A DNA stretch of 64,000 nucleotides, taken from positions 20,297-84,296 of the forward strand of contig JBBIJY010000014.1 of NCBI GenBank assembly GCA_037445735.1, written 5' to 3'. Within the stretch, counting starts at the first letter, position 1; every line of letters starts with the position of its first letter. This DNA is from Armatimonadota bacterium (GTDB taxonomy: Bacteria; Armatimonadota; Fimbriimonadia; Fimbriimonadales; GBS-DC). The notes below the pieces were generated by a model. That model did no database searches and was not told where the DNA came from. It saw nothing but the letters and a program-made list of their open reading frames with translations. This document shows, in pieces, positions 41,956 to 50,672 of the stretch. A program made the translations under genes and the position numbers.

Positions 41956-42114
41956 TATCTATATCCCTCTCCCCCTCTGGGGGAGAGGGTGCGGGTGAGG
42001 GGGCAGGGTATCTATATCCCTCTCCCCCTCTGGGGGAGAGGGTACGGGTGAGGGGGCAGGGTATCTATATCCCTCTCCCCCTCTGGGGGAGAGGGTACGG
42101 GTGAGGGGGCAGGG
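41956..42114. repeat. Three tandem 53-bp copies of the REP-like element
   Basis: tatctatatccctctccccctctgggggagagggt(g/a)cgggtgagggggcaggg at 41956, 42009 and 42062; no spacers. Confidence 0.95.
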
Positions 42115-42149
42115 ACCGATGGACACATTCAGACGAGGTTCATACAACA

Positions 42150-42665
42150 ATGTCCGAAACAGGTCGGCAGGAGTTTCTCTATCGGGATGGGCCGATCGGG
42201 TTGCAGGTGCTGCCCGAACAGGGTGGCTGGCGCGTGGTGCTGCCCGACGGCACGGAGCATCGCGTGCTGGAGTGGCAGATTCGTGACGAGGGCGTCTTGC
42301 GCCTGCGCACGCCCGCGGGCGTATGGCAGCTGGGCTTCCAGCTCAGCGGCGACGAAATCACGCTGTGCTATCAGGGGCGCGTCTATCGGTTTCGAAGGGG
42401 CAGAGAAAAGCGAGCGTCGGGCAGCCACTCCAGCGCGGAAGGCATGCTCGCTGCCCCCATGCCGGGCTTAATTCGCAAAGTGCTGGTGCAGAGAGGCGAC
42501 ACGGTGCAGGCGGGTCAACCGCTGATTGTGCTGGAGGCGATGAAGACGGAGCAAACCCTGCGGTCGCCCTACGCCGGTGTGGTGCAGTCGCTCAACTGCC
42601 GCGAGGGCGAGATTGTGCAGGAGGGCGCCCTTCTGGTGGAAGTTCGCCCCATGCAGGCGGAGTGA
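42150..42665 (+). CDS. Biotin carboxyl carrier subunit of an acyl-CoA carboxylase
   Basis: APMPG...LEAMKTE...SPYAG with an intact biotinylation Lys. Confidence 0.85.
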   Translation: MSETGRQEFLYRDGPIGLQVLPEQGGWRVVLPDGTEHRVLEWQIRDEGVLRLRTPAGVWQLGFQLSGDEITLCYQGRVYRFRRGREKRASGSHSSAEGMLAAPMPGLIRKVLVQRGDTVQAGQPLIVLEAMKTEQTLRSPYAGVVQSLNCREGEIVQEGALLVEVRPMQAE

Positions 42666-42668
42666 GGC

Positions 42669-44303
42669 TCAGAGGCTGCGCACCCGATTGCGCCAGGCGA
42701 CCAGATCGCTCACACTGCCGAAGGTGAGCCACGGGGTCAGCACGCGCCGCCATGCATCCAGCGCCTGATACACATACACCGCTACCGACGGCCACTCGTA
42801 GCTCAGTTCGTAGTTGTGATGATAGATGATCCCGCCCCCGCGCAGCCACTTATTCAGCCCGTCCCTGATGAGGCGTGCGCCCAGCATGCGTGTGAACATC
42901 AGATCGACGCTTTCGCCCGATGTGCCGTAGCCTTCGGCGAGCGCGAGCGTGGCACGGTCCGCCGGTTGCGTGGCATAGTTCACATTATTGCTGTAAAGCG
43001 GGTCATAGGCGTCCACCAGCTCGATGCCGTAGCGTCGCTCCAGCGGGTTGCGCAGGTAGGGCGTGTGCGCCATCAGCCGTGCGCCAGGCGCAACAACACA
43101 GGAGCTGACCCAAGCCCGCACCACGCGCACGGGCGTCTCCTCCCGCAAAAAGCGCAGATAGCGATCGGTGAACTGGTTATTGGCGAAGTTCAGATAGCGA
43201 TGGCGATTGCACCAGCTGGTGGCGAAGCCCATCTGCCGCATCTCGTCCAGCGTGCCTTTCCAGTGGGCGCGGAACGCCGCCGGCGAACTCATCTCGCGAA
43301 ACGAGCCGTAAGGGTTCGTCCACGCCCGCGCATTCCCGAACCCCAGCGTGCTTTCAATCTGCCAGTAATGGTCGTGCCAGCAGCAGGGGAAACAACCATC
43401 CTGCTCCTGCAATAGAATCTGGTGAATCTGCGCCAGCTGCGCATTGTAGTTGCGCGCGTTGCGATGCAGGTAAGGGTTCGTCGGACTCAGATTGCTGAGC
43501 GCGCTGGTGGTGCAACCGCACTGCACGACCAGCCCCGTGGTCTGACAGAAGGCACGAATCCACTGCACCGACTGCAGATAGATGTCGTAGCTCCAGCCGG
43601 GCGCGTTCGGTGCGCCCCAGGTGCAGATGTGGTCGATATCCATGCTCAGCGGGCGGCTCCAGGCGGGATCCGCCTCCTCGTTCACCATCATCCACGGGAT
43701 CAACCAGGGCGAGGTTGCCAGCGAGCCGAGCGTCGGCACAAAATAGCGATTATACCAGCGCGCGATATACACATGGCTCGCCTGCGGGTGCAACTCGGCA
43801 TCCGGACGCAGCAACACCTGCAGGTTCGGATTCGTTTCATCGACGCTCAGCGCATGATAGATGTTATTCACCCGCGCAGTGAACGATTCCACGATTACGC
43901 GCGTGCCCGTCTGGGTCCAGACAGCGCGGCGCCCGATCATTTTAATGTCGGTTGGCGAGCCATCGAGCGGTGTGATGCCCCGCACGCCTGTGGCGGGCGT
44001 GCCGCCTGTGCCCTGCGGTGTTCGGTAGCCGACCAGATAGAGCGGTTTATCGCCTGGCGCGTAGTTCACCCAGCTGAAGATTTCCAGCCCCGATGTGTAG
44101 TCGGACAGGTAGGGCACGATGCCCATATCGTACTGGGCGTTGAACTGGCTCTTGCTCACATCACCCGCCACAATAATATCGGCAGGCTGACCCCAGAGCC
44201 ACAGCACGCTCTTCCACATGCGCGCAATGCGATCATTCTGAATGAACGCTGCATGCGCCCGATTGCGGGTCGGTATAATCAGAGCCACACGCTTGGTCGC
44301 CAT
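42669..44303 (-). CDS. 544-aa hypothetical protein, possible polysaccharide-deacetylase-like metal site
   Basis: Start MATKRV follows TG-c-TATAAT; MDIDH, WHDH and YHHN motifs. Confidence 0.55.
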   Translation of the reverse strand: MATKRVALIIPTRNRAHAAFIQNDRIARMWKSVLWLWGQPADIIVAGDVSKSQFNAQYDMGIVPYLSDYTSGLEIFSWVNYAPGDKPLYLVGYRTPQGTGGTPATGVRGITPLDGSPTDIKMIGRRAVWTQTGTRVIVESFTARVNNIYHALSVDETNPNLQVLLRPDAELHPQASHVYIARWYNRYFVPTLGSLATSPWLIPWMMVNEEADPAWSRPLSMDIDHICTWGAPNAPGWSYDIYLQSVQWIRAFCQTTGLVVQCGCTTSALSNLSPTNPYLHRNARNYNAQLAQIHQILLQEQDGCFPCCWHDHYWQIESTLGFGNARAWTNPYGSFREMSSPAAFRAHWKGTLDEMRQMGFATSWCNRHRYLNFANNQFTDRYLRFLREETPVRVVRAWVSSCVVAPGARLMAHTPYLRNPLERRYGIELVDAYDPLYSNNVNYATQPADRATLALAEGYGTSGESVDLMFTRMLGARLIRDGLNKWLRGGGIIYHHNYELSYEWPSVAVYVYQALDAWRRVLTPWLTFGSVSDLVAWRNRVRSL

Positions 44304-44369
44304 CCCGATTGCTATTATAGCACAGGGATGGGGGCAGGAGCACCAAGGCACGGCGCGAAACTGGCACTT

Positions 44370-45536
44370 ATGCGGTGGCTGTTGTGTGTGAGCGGGAGCC
44401 TCCTGCTTGGCTGGCTCTGGTCGAACCCGCCCGAACTGCAGGCACGAAGCGCGATTCTGATCGAAGCCAGCACGGGACAGGTGCTGTTCGAAAAGAATCC
44501 CGACATGCCTCTGCCGCCTGCCAGCCTGACCAAGATGATGACCGCGCTGATTGTGCTGGAGCGGTGCGGTCTGGATGAGGTGGTGACGGCATCGGCGCGC
44601 GCGGCGCGCGCCCGCGCCAGCTCGCTCCACCTCAAAGCGGGTGAGCGGGTCACGGTGCGCGACCTGCTCTATGCGCTGCTGTTGCGCTCGGCGAACGACG
44701 CCGCTGTCGCGCTGGCGGAACATACCGCTGGCTCGGTGGAAGGCTTCGTGCAGCTTATGAACGCGAAGGCGCGAGCGCTGGGCGCCACGCACACCCATTT
44801 CGAGAACCCGCATGGACTTCATCACCCGCGCCATCTCTCCACCGCGCGCGACCTCGCGCTGATTGCCCGCGCCGCGATGGAGAACCCCCAGTTCCGCGCG
44901 ATTGTGTGCCAGCGCAGGGTGCAGATTGCGCGCTCGATAGACCAGCAGGACCGCTGGGTGGTCACGAAGGCGAAGTTTCTGGAGATGTACCCGTGGGCGG
45001 AGGGCATTAAGACGGGCTTCACGCGCCAGGCGGGGCTTTGCTTCGCAGGCGCCGCCAGCAAAGCGGGGCGACGGCTTATCAGCGTCGTGTTGAACAGCCC
45101 CCAGCGCGAGCAGGACACCATCGCGCTGATGGAGTACGGCTTCAACGACTGGGTGCCTGTGGCGCTGGGTCAGGCAGGTCAGAGGGTGGGGCGCGCGCCT
45201 GTGAAGAACGGCGCTCAATCGGAAGTGCCCGTTCAGCTGGAGCAGGCGGCGATCTGGGTTGTGCCGCGAGCGGAGCAGCATCGCTATCGCTGGGTGCTGC
45301 TGCCCGTCGAGCTGCAGGCGCCTGTCGCGTCGAACACCCCCGCTGGCTGGGCGGTGCTGCAACGCGACGGTCAGCCTCTGCTCAAAATCCCGCTGCGAAC
45401 CGCTCAGAGCGTGTCCGCGCGTCCCGCCTCCTACACAGGCATCCTGCTCGGTGGCAGTTTGAGCCTGATCGCCTATTCACTCTTCCGCGTTCGCAGGACA
45501 AAACGCCCGCGCCCCGAACTGATACCGCGGAGGTGA
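44370..45536 (+). CDS. D-alanyl-D-alanine carboxypeptidase (peptidase S11)
   Basis: PASLTK, SAND, FENPHGL, GIKTGFT. Confidence 0.9.
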   Translation: MRWLLCVSGSLLLGWLWSNPPELQARSAILIEASTGQVLFEKNPDMPLPPASLTKMMTALIVLERCGLDEVVTASARAARARASSLHLKAGERVTVRDLLYALLLRSANDAAVALAEHTAGSVEGFVQLMNAKARALGATHTHFENPHGLHHPRHLSTARDLALIARAAMENPQFRAIVCQRRVQIARSIDQQDRWVVTKAKFLEMYPWAEGIKTGFTRQAGLCFAGAASKAGRRLISVVLNSPQREQDTIALMEYGFNDWVPVALGQAGQRVGRAPVKNGAQSEVPVQLEQAAIWVVPRAEQHRYRWVLLPVELQAPVASNTPAGWAVLQRDGQPLLKIPLRTAQSVSARPASYTGILLGGSLSLIAYSLFRVRRTKRPRPELIPRR

Positions 45537-45540
45537 TTGC

Positions 45541-46161
45541 ATGCAACGCAGAGTCGCAGGGCGCGTGTGGGCGCTGGTGTTCGCCCTCGTGCTGATTGCC
45601 ATCGTGGGCGTGCTGGGATGGTACTTCCTCATCTACACCCGCTCGCCTGGCTACGCCCTGAACCAGTTCTTTGACGCCGCGAAATCGAACGACAGCGAGC
45701 GGCTCGAACGCTATACCGACCGATCCGGCATGCTGATGATGCTTCTGCAGCAAATGGGCGATCCCGTGCAGCTGCTCTATCCGGGCTATCAGCGTCAGGA
45801 CATTGGCAAAGTAGAAAAGGTGGAGGTGGGCGCCATCACGGTGGAGGGCGAAACGGCGAAGGCGACTGTGACGATGGAGGTTGCCTCCCCACAGGGTCAG
45901 CGCCGCACCATGCGCCCAACCTATGTGCTGCGCAAAGTGGAGGGTCACTGGAAGGTCAATGTGCAGGATACGCTATGTGGCTCCTTCAACGAGTTTGTGC
46001 CTGCAGCTGCCCGCCAGATGGCAATTCGTCAGCTGCGTTCGATGGTCGCTCAGAATCCTGCTATGCTGCCAATGGCACGGATGCAACTGCAGAGTCTGCG
46101 TGCGGAGATCGATAAATATCCGCAGTTTCGCGACTTTCTGCGCAGCCTGGGTCTCTATTGA
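45541..46161 (+). CDS. Hypothetical membrane-anchored protein (NTF2-like fold possible)
   Basis: N-terminal TM helix, EGETAKATV...LRKVEGHWKV; GGAGG RBS. Confidence 0.6.
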   Translation: MQRRVAGRVWALVFALVLIAIVGVLGWYFLIYTRSPGYALNQFFDAAKSNDSERLERYTDRSGMLMMLLQQMGDPVQLLYPGYQRQDIGKVEKVEVGAITVEGETAKATVTMEVASPQGQRRTMRPTYVLRKVEGHWKVNVQDTLCGSFNEFVPAAARQMAIRQLRSMVAQNPAMLPMARMQLQSLRAEIDKYPQFRDFLRSLGLY

Positions 46162-47448
46162 ATGGCGTTGCATAACGGTTCGAAAAGGCTCCGCTGGTAC
46201 AGCGGGCTGACCGGCTATCACTGGCTGGTGCTGTCGGTCGCCGCCGCGGGCTGGATGTTCGACACGATGGATCAGTGGCTCTATGTGCTGGCGCGTCAGC
46301 CCGCGGTGGCGGATTTGCTGAACACCAGCCCTTCGGACCCGCGTGTGGCGCACTATTCGGGCATCGTGCAGGCGTGGTTCGTAATCGGGTGGGCGACGGG
46401 TGGCTTCCTGTTCGGGATAATCGGCGATCGGTTAGGGCGCACGCGCACGATGGCGCTCACCATCCTGATGTATGCGGGCTTCACGGGTCTGAGCGCGCTG
46501 GCGCAGAGCTGGCAGCAGCTGGCGCTGTTGCGTTTTCTGACGGGGCTGGGGATTGGCGGCGAGTTCGCGGCGGGCGCCGCGCTGGTCGCCGAGACCTTCC
46601 CTGCGCACGCGCGCCCCACCGCGCTCGGCATCATGCAGGCATGCTCGGCGATTGGCAACCTGATGGCAGCGATCCTCTATCGGCTGGTTGGACCCGAGTA
46701 CGGCTGGCGGTGGGTGTTCGCGATCGGCTTTTTGCCCGCGCTGCTGGTGTTTGTGATTCGGCTGTTTGTGCGGGAGCCGCAGCGCTGGGAGCAGGCGCGG
46801 GCGTCGGGTCAGCCGCTGGGCGCCCTCAGCGAGCTGTTCGGCGATCGGCTCTGGCGTCGCCATGTGCTGATTGGCATCGGGCTGGGCGCGGTGGGTGTGG
46901 TTGGCTTCTGGGGCATCGGCACATGGTCGCCCGATTTGCTGGCTCGCGCCCTGAACCCTGCAGGTGACCCTGCGCTGCGCCCGCTGGTCGAGGAGCAGAA
47001 GTCGTATGCGGTGATGGTTCAGCAGGTGGGCGCATTCTTCGGGATGCTGGGCTGGGCGATGCTGGCGCAGCGCATCGGGCGGCGCCCCACCTTCGCGCTC
47101 ACCTTCTTCATGTGCCTGCTGATTGTGCCTGCCACCTTTTTCCTGACCACCTCCTTCGCGCGGGCGATGCTGCTCTATCCGCTGCTGGGCTTTTTCACCA
47201 CCGCGCTGTTTGCGGGCTACGCCGTCTATTTCCCGGAGCTGTTCCCCACGCGCCTGCGGGCGACGGGCGTCGGGTTCTGTTATAATGTGGCGCGCTATCT
47301 GGCAGCCGCCGCGCCCTACACCTTCGGGCTGTTGACCGCCCACTTCAGCATCCAGTGGGCAGCGACTCTGCTTTCAGGCGTGTTCCTGCTGGGGCTGATG
47401 ATACTGCTGCTCGCGCCCGAAACGAAAGACCAGCCCCTGCCAGCATGA
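46162..47448 (+). CDS. MFS transporter
   Basis: GDRLGRTR motif A, GLGIGGEF, PELFPTRLRATG, APETK. Confidence 0.9.
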   Translation: MALHNGSKRLRWYSGLTGYHWLVLSVAAAGWMFDTMDQWLYVLARQPAVADLLNTSPSDPRVAHYSGIVQAWFVIGWATGGFLFGIIGDRLGRTRTMALTILMYAGFTGLSALAQSWQQLALLRFLTGLGIGGEFAAGAALVAETFPAHARPTALGIMQACSAIGNLMAAILYRLVGPEYGWRWVFAIGFLPALLVFVIRLFVREPQRWEQARASGQPLGALSELFGDRLWRRHVLIGIGLGAVGVVGFWGIGTWSPDLLARALNPAGDPALRPLVEEQKSYAVMVQQVGAFFGMLGWAMLAQRIGRRPTFALTFFMCLLIVPATFFLTTSFARAMLLYPLLGFFTTALFAGYAVYFPELFPTRLRATGVGFCYNVARYLAAAAPYTFGLLTAHFSIQWAATLLSGVFLLGLMILLLAPETKDQPLPA

Positions 47449-47458
47449 GCACCCGTAC

Positions 47459-48211
47459 CTAATTTCGATCCCAGCCCCACGGCGCCCAGGGACCTATCGG
47501 CTCATCATCCCCGCCAGGGCAGTAGGGCGGGTTCGTCCAGTTCGAAGCCGTGTGCCAGTCGCCCCGCAACGAGGGGCGCAACCATTGGGCGTGCCCATCC
47601 AGATACAGAATGTCTGTGCCGCCGTTGTGCTGAAACCAGATCTCGTTGGTCTGGGCGCAGTCGATGTCGGTGTCGGCGGTTCCGTTCGGCAGCCCATCTC
47701 GCCCCTGAACCTCCAGCAGGAACAGAGACTCAGCGGGGTAGCGCCACTGCCCAGCAAACGGATAATCCAGCACATGCTCGGAGACCGCATAGCTCATCCA
47801 GAACTCATAGGTGCGGCGCGAGGTCATTCGCAATCCCCATTCGGGCAGCGGCGGCGTGCGAAAGTTGGGCGACATCACAACCGGGTTGCTGGGGCAGCTG
47901 AAAAAGTTGCCGCGTGGAGTCTGAATATCGCCCGGCTTCATCTTTGTGTAGGGGATGAGCAGGAATGGCCACCAGTCTTCCATCCAGAAGCGGTTGGGTA
48001 CATTCGGTCCCGCCTTGCCAAACAGCCAGTCGTCATAGTCGGTCATGTACATCTGGCTGGCAAGCCCCAATTGCTTCAGGTTCGACAGGCATTGTGCTTG
48101 ACGCCCTTTCTCGCGCGCCTGTGCGAACACGGGGAACAGAATCGCCGCCAGAAGGGCGATAATCGCGATGACCACCAGCAGCTCAATCAGCGTAAAACCG
48201 TCTCGTCGCAT
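47459..48211 (-). CDS. Prepilin-type N-terminal cleavage/methylation, DUF1559/H-X9-DG family protein
   Basis: [39 protein letters not shown]. Confidence 0.9.
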   Translation of the reverse strand: MRRDGFTLIELLVVIAIIALLAAILFPVFAQAREKGRQAQCLSNLKQLGLASQMYMTDYDDWLFGKAGPNVPNRFWMEDWWPFLLIPYTKMKPGDIQTPRGNFFSCPSNPVVMSPNFRTPPLPEWGLRMTSRRTYEFWMSYAVSEHVLDYPFAGQWRYPAESLFLLEVQGRDGLPNGTADTDIDCAQTNEIWFQHNGGTDILYLDGHAQWLRPSLRGDWHTASNWTNPPYCPGGDDEPIGPWAPWGWDRN

Positions 48212-48249
48212 GATGTGTCCTCCACCAGCAGAAGCATAGTCGACTCTTC

Positions 48250-48293
48250 TTTAAGATTTTGTTAAAAATGGCGTTTTTAATCCATTCTTAATA
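48250..48293. promoter_or_regulatory. Putative PhoB/OmpR-type operator (two pairs of TTAA with 11-bp period)
   Basis: TTAA at 48251/48262 and 48277/48288 in an AT-rich divergent gap. Confidence 0.35.
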
Positions 48294-48326
48294 ATGACAG
48301 AGGTAGAGTAGGCTGGAGGTTGAACG

Positions 48327-49289
48327 ATGAGAGCAACGAGGAGAGTAGCGAGCATGTTGACCCTGATTGCAGGGCTGGCGATAGCCGCCCCGGCTCAGGT
48401 CTGGATTAGCGAAGCGCTGATAAACCCGCCTGGCTCGCCTGATGCGGGACGCGAGTTTATCGAACTGCGCAGTTGCCAGCCGAACTGGTCGCTGCAGGGC
48501 GTCTGGATTATTGGCATCGATGGCGAATCGTTGTTTAACCCGGGCAACATCCACTGGGCGATTGACCTCAGTGCCTACAGCACGGGTTCGAACGGGCTGA
48601 TTTTGATCCGCGACGCCTCGCGCGTTCTGCTCCCAGAGCCTGACCCTGCCACGACCGTTGTGGTGATCACGGAGGCGTTCACGCCTGCTGGCATGCAGAA
48701 CGACAGCTATACAGTGGCAGTGGTGCGCAACTTCCGCGGCCAGCCGAACGATGATATCGATCAGGACAACGACGGCGTCATCGATAATGTGCTGTGGGAT
48801 GAAGCGTACGACGCTATCGGCTGGCTGGACGGTGAAACGGCGTCTGGTGAAGTGGATCAGGTCTACAGTGTGGCGCTGGGCGGCATCGAGGTGCCTGTGG
48901 ATGCACGGCGCGACAGCACGGGCGATGTGTGGGAGCCTGACGCCTATGTGCGCTTCAACGGCGATAACTGGATAGCCTGCGATGTCGGACGGTTAGTCTC
49001 AGGTCAGAACCAGGGTCCTTTCGGACCCTCCTCAACCCAACGGTATGTCAACGGCACTGTGCCGCCCGACTTTGACCGTCTCACACCTGGCTCTGCCAAT
49101 CCGGGCACGCGCCCGCCGCAGGTGGGCGATGTGGATTGCACCGGCTGCGTGGACGACGCCGACCTGTTAGCTGTGCTGTTCGCCTTTGGGCAATCGGGCG
49201 ATGACTTGCCCGAAGATGTAGATAGCGACGGCGTGGTGGATGATGCCGACCTTTTACTTGTTCTGTTTAACTTCGGTCAGGGGTGCTGA
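48327..49289 (+). CDS. Secreted protein with a lamin-tail-like N-terminus and a dockerin-like Ca-binding C-terminus
   Basis: Signal peptide, WISEALINPPG...EFIEL; GDVDCTGCVDDADLLAVL...EDVDSDGVVDDADLLLVL. Confidence 0.7.
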   Translation: MRATRRVASMLTLIAGLAIAAPAQVWISEALINPPGSPDAGREFIELRSCQPNWSLQGVWIIGIDGESLFNPGNIHWAIDLSAYSTGSNGLILIRDASRVLLPEPDPATTVVVITEAFTPAGMQNDSYTVAVVRNFRGQPNDDIDQDNDGVIDNVLWDEAYDAIGWLDGETASGEVDQVYSVALGGIEVPVDARRDSTGDVWEPDAYVRFNGDNWIACDVGRLVSGQNQGPFGPSSTQRYVNGTVPPDFDRLTPGSANPGTRPPQVGDVDCTGCVDDADLLAVLFAFGQSGDDLPEDVDSDGVVDDADLLLVLFNFGQGC

Positions 49290-49370
49290 ATCGCGCCTGC
49301 TGAATGAGCTTGGAGGAAAGGTGAGAACAGCGATGTGGAGTAAAGGAGAGAATCTTGAGAGGGTCAATCC

Positions 49371-50384
49371 ATGGATAACACAGTGGTGGTGCGAATCGAT
49401 CCCGTTCGGGTGACGCAGCCGTTGCCCGATGATGCTGATGATCCAGCGATCTGGGTGCATCCGACGCGCCCTTCCGCCAGCCTGATTATCGGCACCAACA
49501 AAGCGCCTGCGCCTCGCGGCTCGCTGGGCGTGTACGATTTAAACGGGCGCTTGCTCCAGCACATTACGGGGCTGGATCAGCCGAACAATGTGGATGTGAT
49601 GCGCGGCTTTGCGATGGGGCGGGCGCGCCTCGACATCGCCGTTGCCACCGAGCGCTACGCCAGTCGCCTGCGTATCTATCACATCGACACCCGACGCCGA
49701 AGGCTGATTGACATCACCGATCTGCAGACGGCGCGTGTCTTCCGCAACGAGCGCGGCGAACGCGCGATGCCGATGGGCATCGCGCTCTATCGCTATCCGC
49801 GCACGGGCGCCATCCATGCCATCGTGTCGCGCAAAGCGGGTCCCGAGCAGGGCTATCTCCACCAGTATCAGCTGGCGCCCACTGCCAGCGGCAGAGTCGG
49901 CGTGCAGTTTGTGCGTGCCTTCGGTGCCTTCAGCGGCTCGAACGAGATCGAGGCGATCGCCGTCGATAACGCGCTGGGCTTCGTTTACTATGCCGATGAG
50001 GGATCGGGTGTACGCAAGTATTACGCGGATCCCCAGCACCCGCAGGCAGGGCGCGAGCTGGCGCGATTCGCCACAGAGTTCAAAGGCGAGCAGGAAGGGA
50101 TCGCGCTCTACGCGCCCGACCGCACGCGCGGCTACCTGCTCTGCACTGAGCAGCTGCCCAGCAACAGTCGGCTCCATCTCTATCTACGAGCAGGTCAGCA
50201 GCGTGAGCCTGTGGCGGTTGTCGCCATCGGCGCCGACGCCACTGACGGACTGGACGCAACGGCGGCCAATCTGGGCAAACCGTTCCAGGCGGGGCTAATC
50301 GTCGCGATGAACAGTAAGGGGCGCAACTTCTGGCTCTACAGTGCTGAATCGCTCCTGCGGGCAGTCCGTACCACCAGGCGTTGA
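49371..50384 (+). CDS. Beta-propeller phytase (start may lie slightly upstream)
   Basis: DADDPAIWVHP, IGTNK, GVYDLNG, PNNVD, EAIAVD, EGIALY, TDGLD. Confidence 0.85.
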   Translation: MDNTVVVRIDPVRVTQPLPDDADDPAIWVHPTRPSASLIIGTNKAPAPRGSLGVYDLNGRLLQHITGLDQPNNVDVMRGFAMGRARLDIAVATERYASRLRIYHIDTRRRRLIDITDLQTARVFRNERGERAMPMGIALYRYPRTGAIHAIVSRKAGPEQGYLHQYQLAPTASGRVGVQFVRAFGAFSGSNEIEAIAVDNALGFVYYADEGSGVRKYYADPQHPQAGRELARFATEFKGEQEGIALYAPDRTRGYLLCTEQLPSNSRLHLYLRAGQQREPVAVVAIGADATDGLDATAANLGKPFQAGLIVAMNSKGRNFWLYSAESLLRAVRTTRR

Positions 50385-50511
50385 GATTGCTTCAATCCCT
50401 GCGACCATTTCCGCCCCGACCTGTTCAGAATGGTCAGGGTGTTGCATTTTTCCGCAAATTTCTGAAGTTCGCGCCCACCTGGTGTATAGTGAAGGTATGG
50501 AGGCAACTATC

Positions 50512-50610
50512 ATGCAACGGACAGCGCAATGGCACAGTTCAGCGCGCCGCCTCGCGAGCGCGCTCGTAAGAAGGCAAACTGATAAGAACGCAATGGAAGT
50601 TAAGCCTTGA
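50512..50610 (+). CDS. Putative 32-aa small protein
   Basis: TATAGT at 50485-50490, GGAGG 8 nt before the ATG, terminator immediately downstream. Confidence 0.35.
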   Translation: MQRTAQWHSSARRLASALVRRQTDKNAMEVKP

Positions 50611-50633
50611 TCCTCACACCCCACACTGCCGAA

Positions 50634-50666
50634 GGGGGGACACCGCCTGGTGTCCCCCCCTTTTTT
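50634..50666 (+). terminator. Rho-independent terminator
   Basis: ggggggacacc-gcct-ggtgtcccccc stem followed by tttttt. Confidence 0.8.
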
Positions 50667-50672
50667 ACAGGG

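Noticed and set aside
41956-42114. Possible CRISPR array
   Set aside because: Units are contiguous, near-identical 53-mers with no unique spacers; no cas genes in the window.
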